Source: Eledone cirrhosa (taxonomy: Eukaryota). From it: DNA of 64,000 nucleotides. The stretch spans positions 143,034,001 through 143,098,000 of the forward strand of contig OZ024741.1 of NCBI GenBank assembly GCA_964016885.1, given 5' to 3'. A program made the translations under genes and the position numbers. The notes under the pieces are model-generated. The model saw nothing but the letters and a program-made list of their open reading frames with translations. It did not search any database and was not told the DNA's origin. Shown here piece by piece: positions 61,455 through 64,000 of the stretch (its first letter is position 1; each line of letters opens with the position of its first letter).

Positions 61455-62253
61455 CCTACAACAACAGGAAAGACATGAAGCTTCCATGCTTTGATGGATG
61501 TGTAATATGAATAAACATGAACGGCAAAGCATAAATGAACTGAGAGAGAAATTGGGCATAAGAGGGATCAGATGCAGGAGAGGAGATTACTTTGGTATGG
61601 ACATGCGATTTGTATGAAGGATGACAGCTATATAAAAAGATGTTGAGTGCTTTAAGTTGATGAAAGCTGTGGGGTAGGAAGACTTGGGATGAGGTGATAA
61701 AAGCTGACCTTGTGCAATTGCACCTCTCAAAGGCGATGACTTAGAACCGTAATCTCTGGCATTATGCAGTAATACAGAAAACCCACCTTCCCATGTGCAG
61801 GGGCTGAGGCATATATCTAGTATGCGCCACCTTCCTCTCCACCACTCCTCCCCCGTTGTAACACCCCACCATCACCCATGCCCCGAGATCTACTCCTACC
61901 CAAGGTTGTGTAGTGTCATGACAAAAAGCACCCAGCCCACACAGTAAAGTGGCCATGTTGGTGACACGACAAAAAGCACCCTGCCCACACTGTAAAGTGG
62001 CCGTGTTGGTGACACGACAAAAAGCACCCTGCCCACACTGTAAAGTGGTCGTATAGGTGTCATGACAAAAAGCATCCAGTATACACTGTAAATAGGGATG
62101 GCATTAGGAAGGGCATCCAGCCATAGAAACCAAGCCAAAATCAGTTCTGTGTGAGCTAAACACGGTTATCTGACCTGGCTTGTCTCACAATGGGACAGCT
62201 CATCTAACCCATGCTAGTGTAGAAAATGGACGTTAAACAGTGATGATGATGAT
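61455..62253 (+). mobile_element. RTE 3' fragment with about 4 tandem ~48-bp units in the 3'UTR
   Basis: Similar to 38797-39603 and 54900-55608; units gacaaaaagcaccc.gcccacactgtaaagtggcc.tgttggtgacac; (GAT)n end. Confidence 0.88.
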
Positions 62254-63045
62254 GGCAACATTCTGAAGATGGGGCAAATTTTGATATTCAGCATTATTTT
62301 TGTCCATCAGTACAAACACTGCAACACTAAAAGTAAACAAGATGAGAGATTGGAGGCTGTGGTGTGGACAATCAAATGGAGACAATTTAGGGTCTGGGGG
62401 ACTCTTCAGTTTCATCAAGCATTTAAGCGACATTCTCTATTGGTGACTCAATAAGATGTACCCAGTACATTCTGTAAAGAGTTGCCATGATAAAATGCAC
62501 TCAGTACACTGCGTAAGGTGGTAACCCCAGAACTATAAAAAATTGCACCGAGTACACTTTGGAAATCGGTAGTGCTTGTGTCAGAAAAACATGTACCAAA
62601 TATATGTAAGGTGGTTGACGTTAGCAATAACTAATCCAACTGTAAAAATCATTAAATATGAAATGTATGAGCAAGATGAGGTCACTTCAACCCATCAGAT
62701 CTTGGACAACTTGTCCAACCAATGGCAGCATAGAAAGCAGGTATAACATGATAACTATTCTTACTCCTGTTTCATACAAAACTCTAGCATCTAAATCGGC
62801 CAAATCTAGCCAGAATTCTCTGCTCTTTCACACTGCCATTAATATATTGTTTTAAAAATAAACAATATCAATATCAAAATCTCATAGATTTAAGATTATG
62901 CAAGATAAAGCCTTTACTGTGAATATACAATAGTAAATATAGTGAAACTTGTGATAACACATGTTTTAACGTTAGAAGTAAGATGGATTTTTTGTGAAAG
63001 TAGCGATACAGACTTTGAAGATTTTACTCATGAAGACTTACAAAA

Positions 63046-64000
63046 TGAAGCGGAAAAAAATAAAATAACAGCGATTTATCTTTGAATGAATCGGATATAT
63101 ATATTTCTCTATTTTCATCTGACGATGATCATTATTTTGATATTGAAAGTGAAGAAGATTTCCACAACACCAATACATATTCCTGATTTCATTGAAAAAG
63201 CTGGTCCACAACACACACTACCTCCTCATCTCAACCACTGGATATTATTATTATATATTTTTTTTGCCAGACTTTCTTCAAAGTCGTGGCAGAGGAGACA
63301 AATGAGTATGCACAACAAACTATTTCTAATTGAGGAAAACTCGACAGATGCTGCGTGAATTTGAGCATTTTTTACCATAAATATTATGCTTGGTATAAAA
63401 CAACTTCCAAGACTTACTGGAGCCAAGATATGAAATATGGTGACCCTTCTATATCAAGCATTATACCTAAAACCAGGCTTTTGAAATTAAATCAATATTT
63501 TCACCTGACCGATACTTCCAATGCCCCTAGTAGGAATGAAGCAAATTATGATCTTCTTTATAAAGTCCACCCAATGCTTGATTTATTATGAGAAATTTAA
63601 AACTGTGTATGTACCTAGACAAAATCTGTTTTGATGAAGCAATGATTGGCTGTAAAGGTAGGTAGGGTACATCTATGACAATATATGCCAACTAAATCCA
63701 TCAAATGGGGCATCAAGGTGTGGGAGCTCTGTGAATCAGACACAGGCTACTGTTTACACACACACAAAAAAAAACAAAGTAAGAATCTTGCCCTCGTAAA
63801 CACGTACACTTGCAGTACAAGAATGGGCTATCGCAAAGGGCTACCTCAAGAAATAAAATGTACAAAAGAAGGGACATCCTTCAGGTGCAAAAAAGAAACA
63901 TGCTAGCCACATCATACAAGGATATAAGATAAATTTTATACTTGTCTTCAAATCAACAACGTGTTGGGGCTGAAGGTAAACCCTTAGAAAATATTTCCTA
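63046..64000 (+). pseudogene. Fossil piggyBac (PGBD4-like) transposase, frameshifted, running off the window
   Basis: Fragments TYWS...YFHLTD...YDLLYKVHPMLD, DEAMIGCKGR (63633) and YMPTKSIKWGIKVWELCESDTGY are hallmark piggyBac motifs, broken by stops and frameshifts. Confidence 0.88.

Noticed and set aside
58190-64000. CDK12 first exon or promoter
   Set aside because: No RS-rich minus-strand ORF or start context was found; the region is explained by repeats, so the 5' end probably lies outside the window.

Overview
AT-rich, repeat-dense animal genomic DNA. The SINE and RTE-LINE families look like those of octopod cephalopods; this is an inference from remembered repeat motifs, not a database match. 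One host gene is present on the minus strand: the CDK12/CDK13 orthologue (RS-rich N-terminus, PITAVRE kinase domain, DCHE(L/M)W C-terminal extension, long low-complexity tail). Nine coding exons (58189 to 29134) join through canonical GT-AG sites with consistent phases, giving about 1218 codons. The 5' exon(s) were not found and probably lie beyond 64000. The introns hold decayed RTE retrotransposons whose RT region carries an inserted C4HC3 PHD finger, tRNA-derived SINEs (Nin/Deu-domain and CORE-domain), non-autonomous Helitrons, hAT and TTAA-type MITEs, three long fold-back palindromes and a fossil piggyBac transposase. Downstream of the stop codon is a ~17 kb region nearly free of LINE coding fragments, where every recognisable copy of the main SINE lies in the gene-sense orientation; it may be a very long 3'UTR. 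I found no prokaryotic features, CRISPR arrays, rRNA or true tRNA genes, and I cannot claim a demonstrated new system. The best leads are the PHD-in-RT RTE family, the inverted repeats bracketing symmetric CDK12 exons (dsRNA editing or circRNA), and SINE-borne AATAAA signals in the CDK12 gene.
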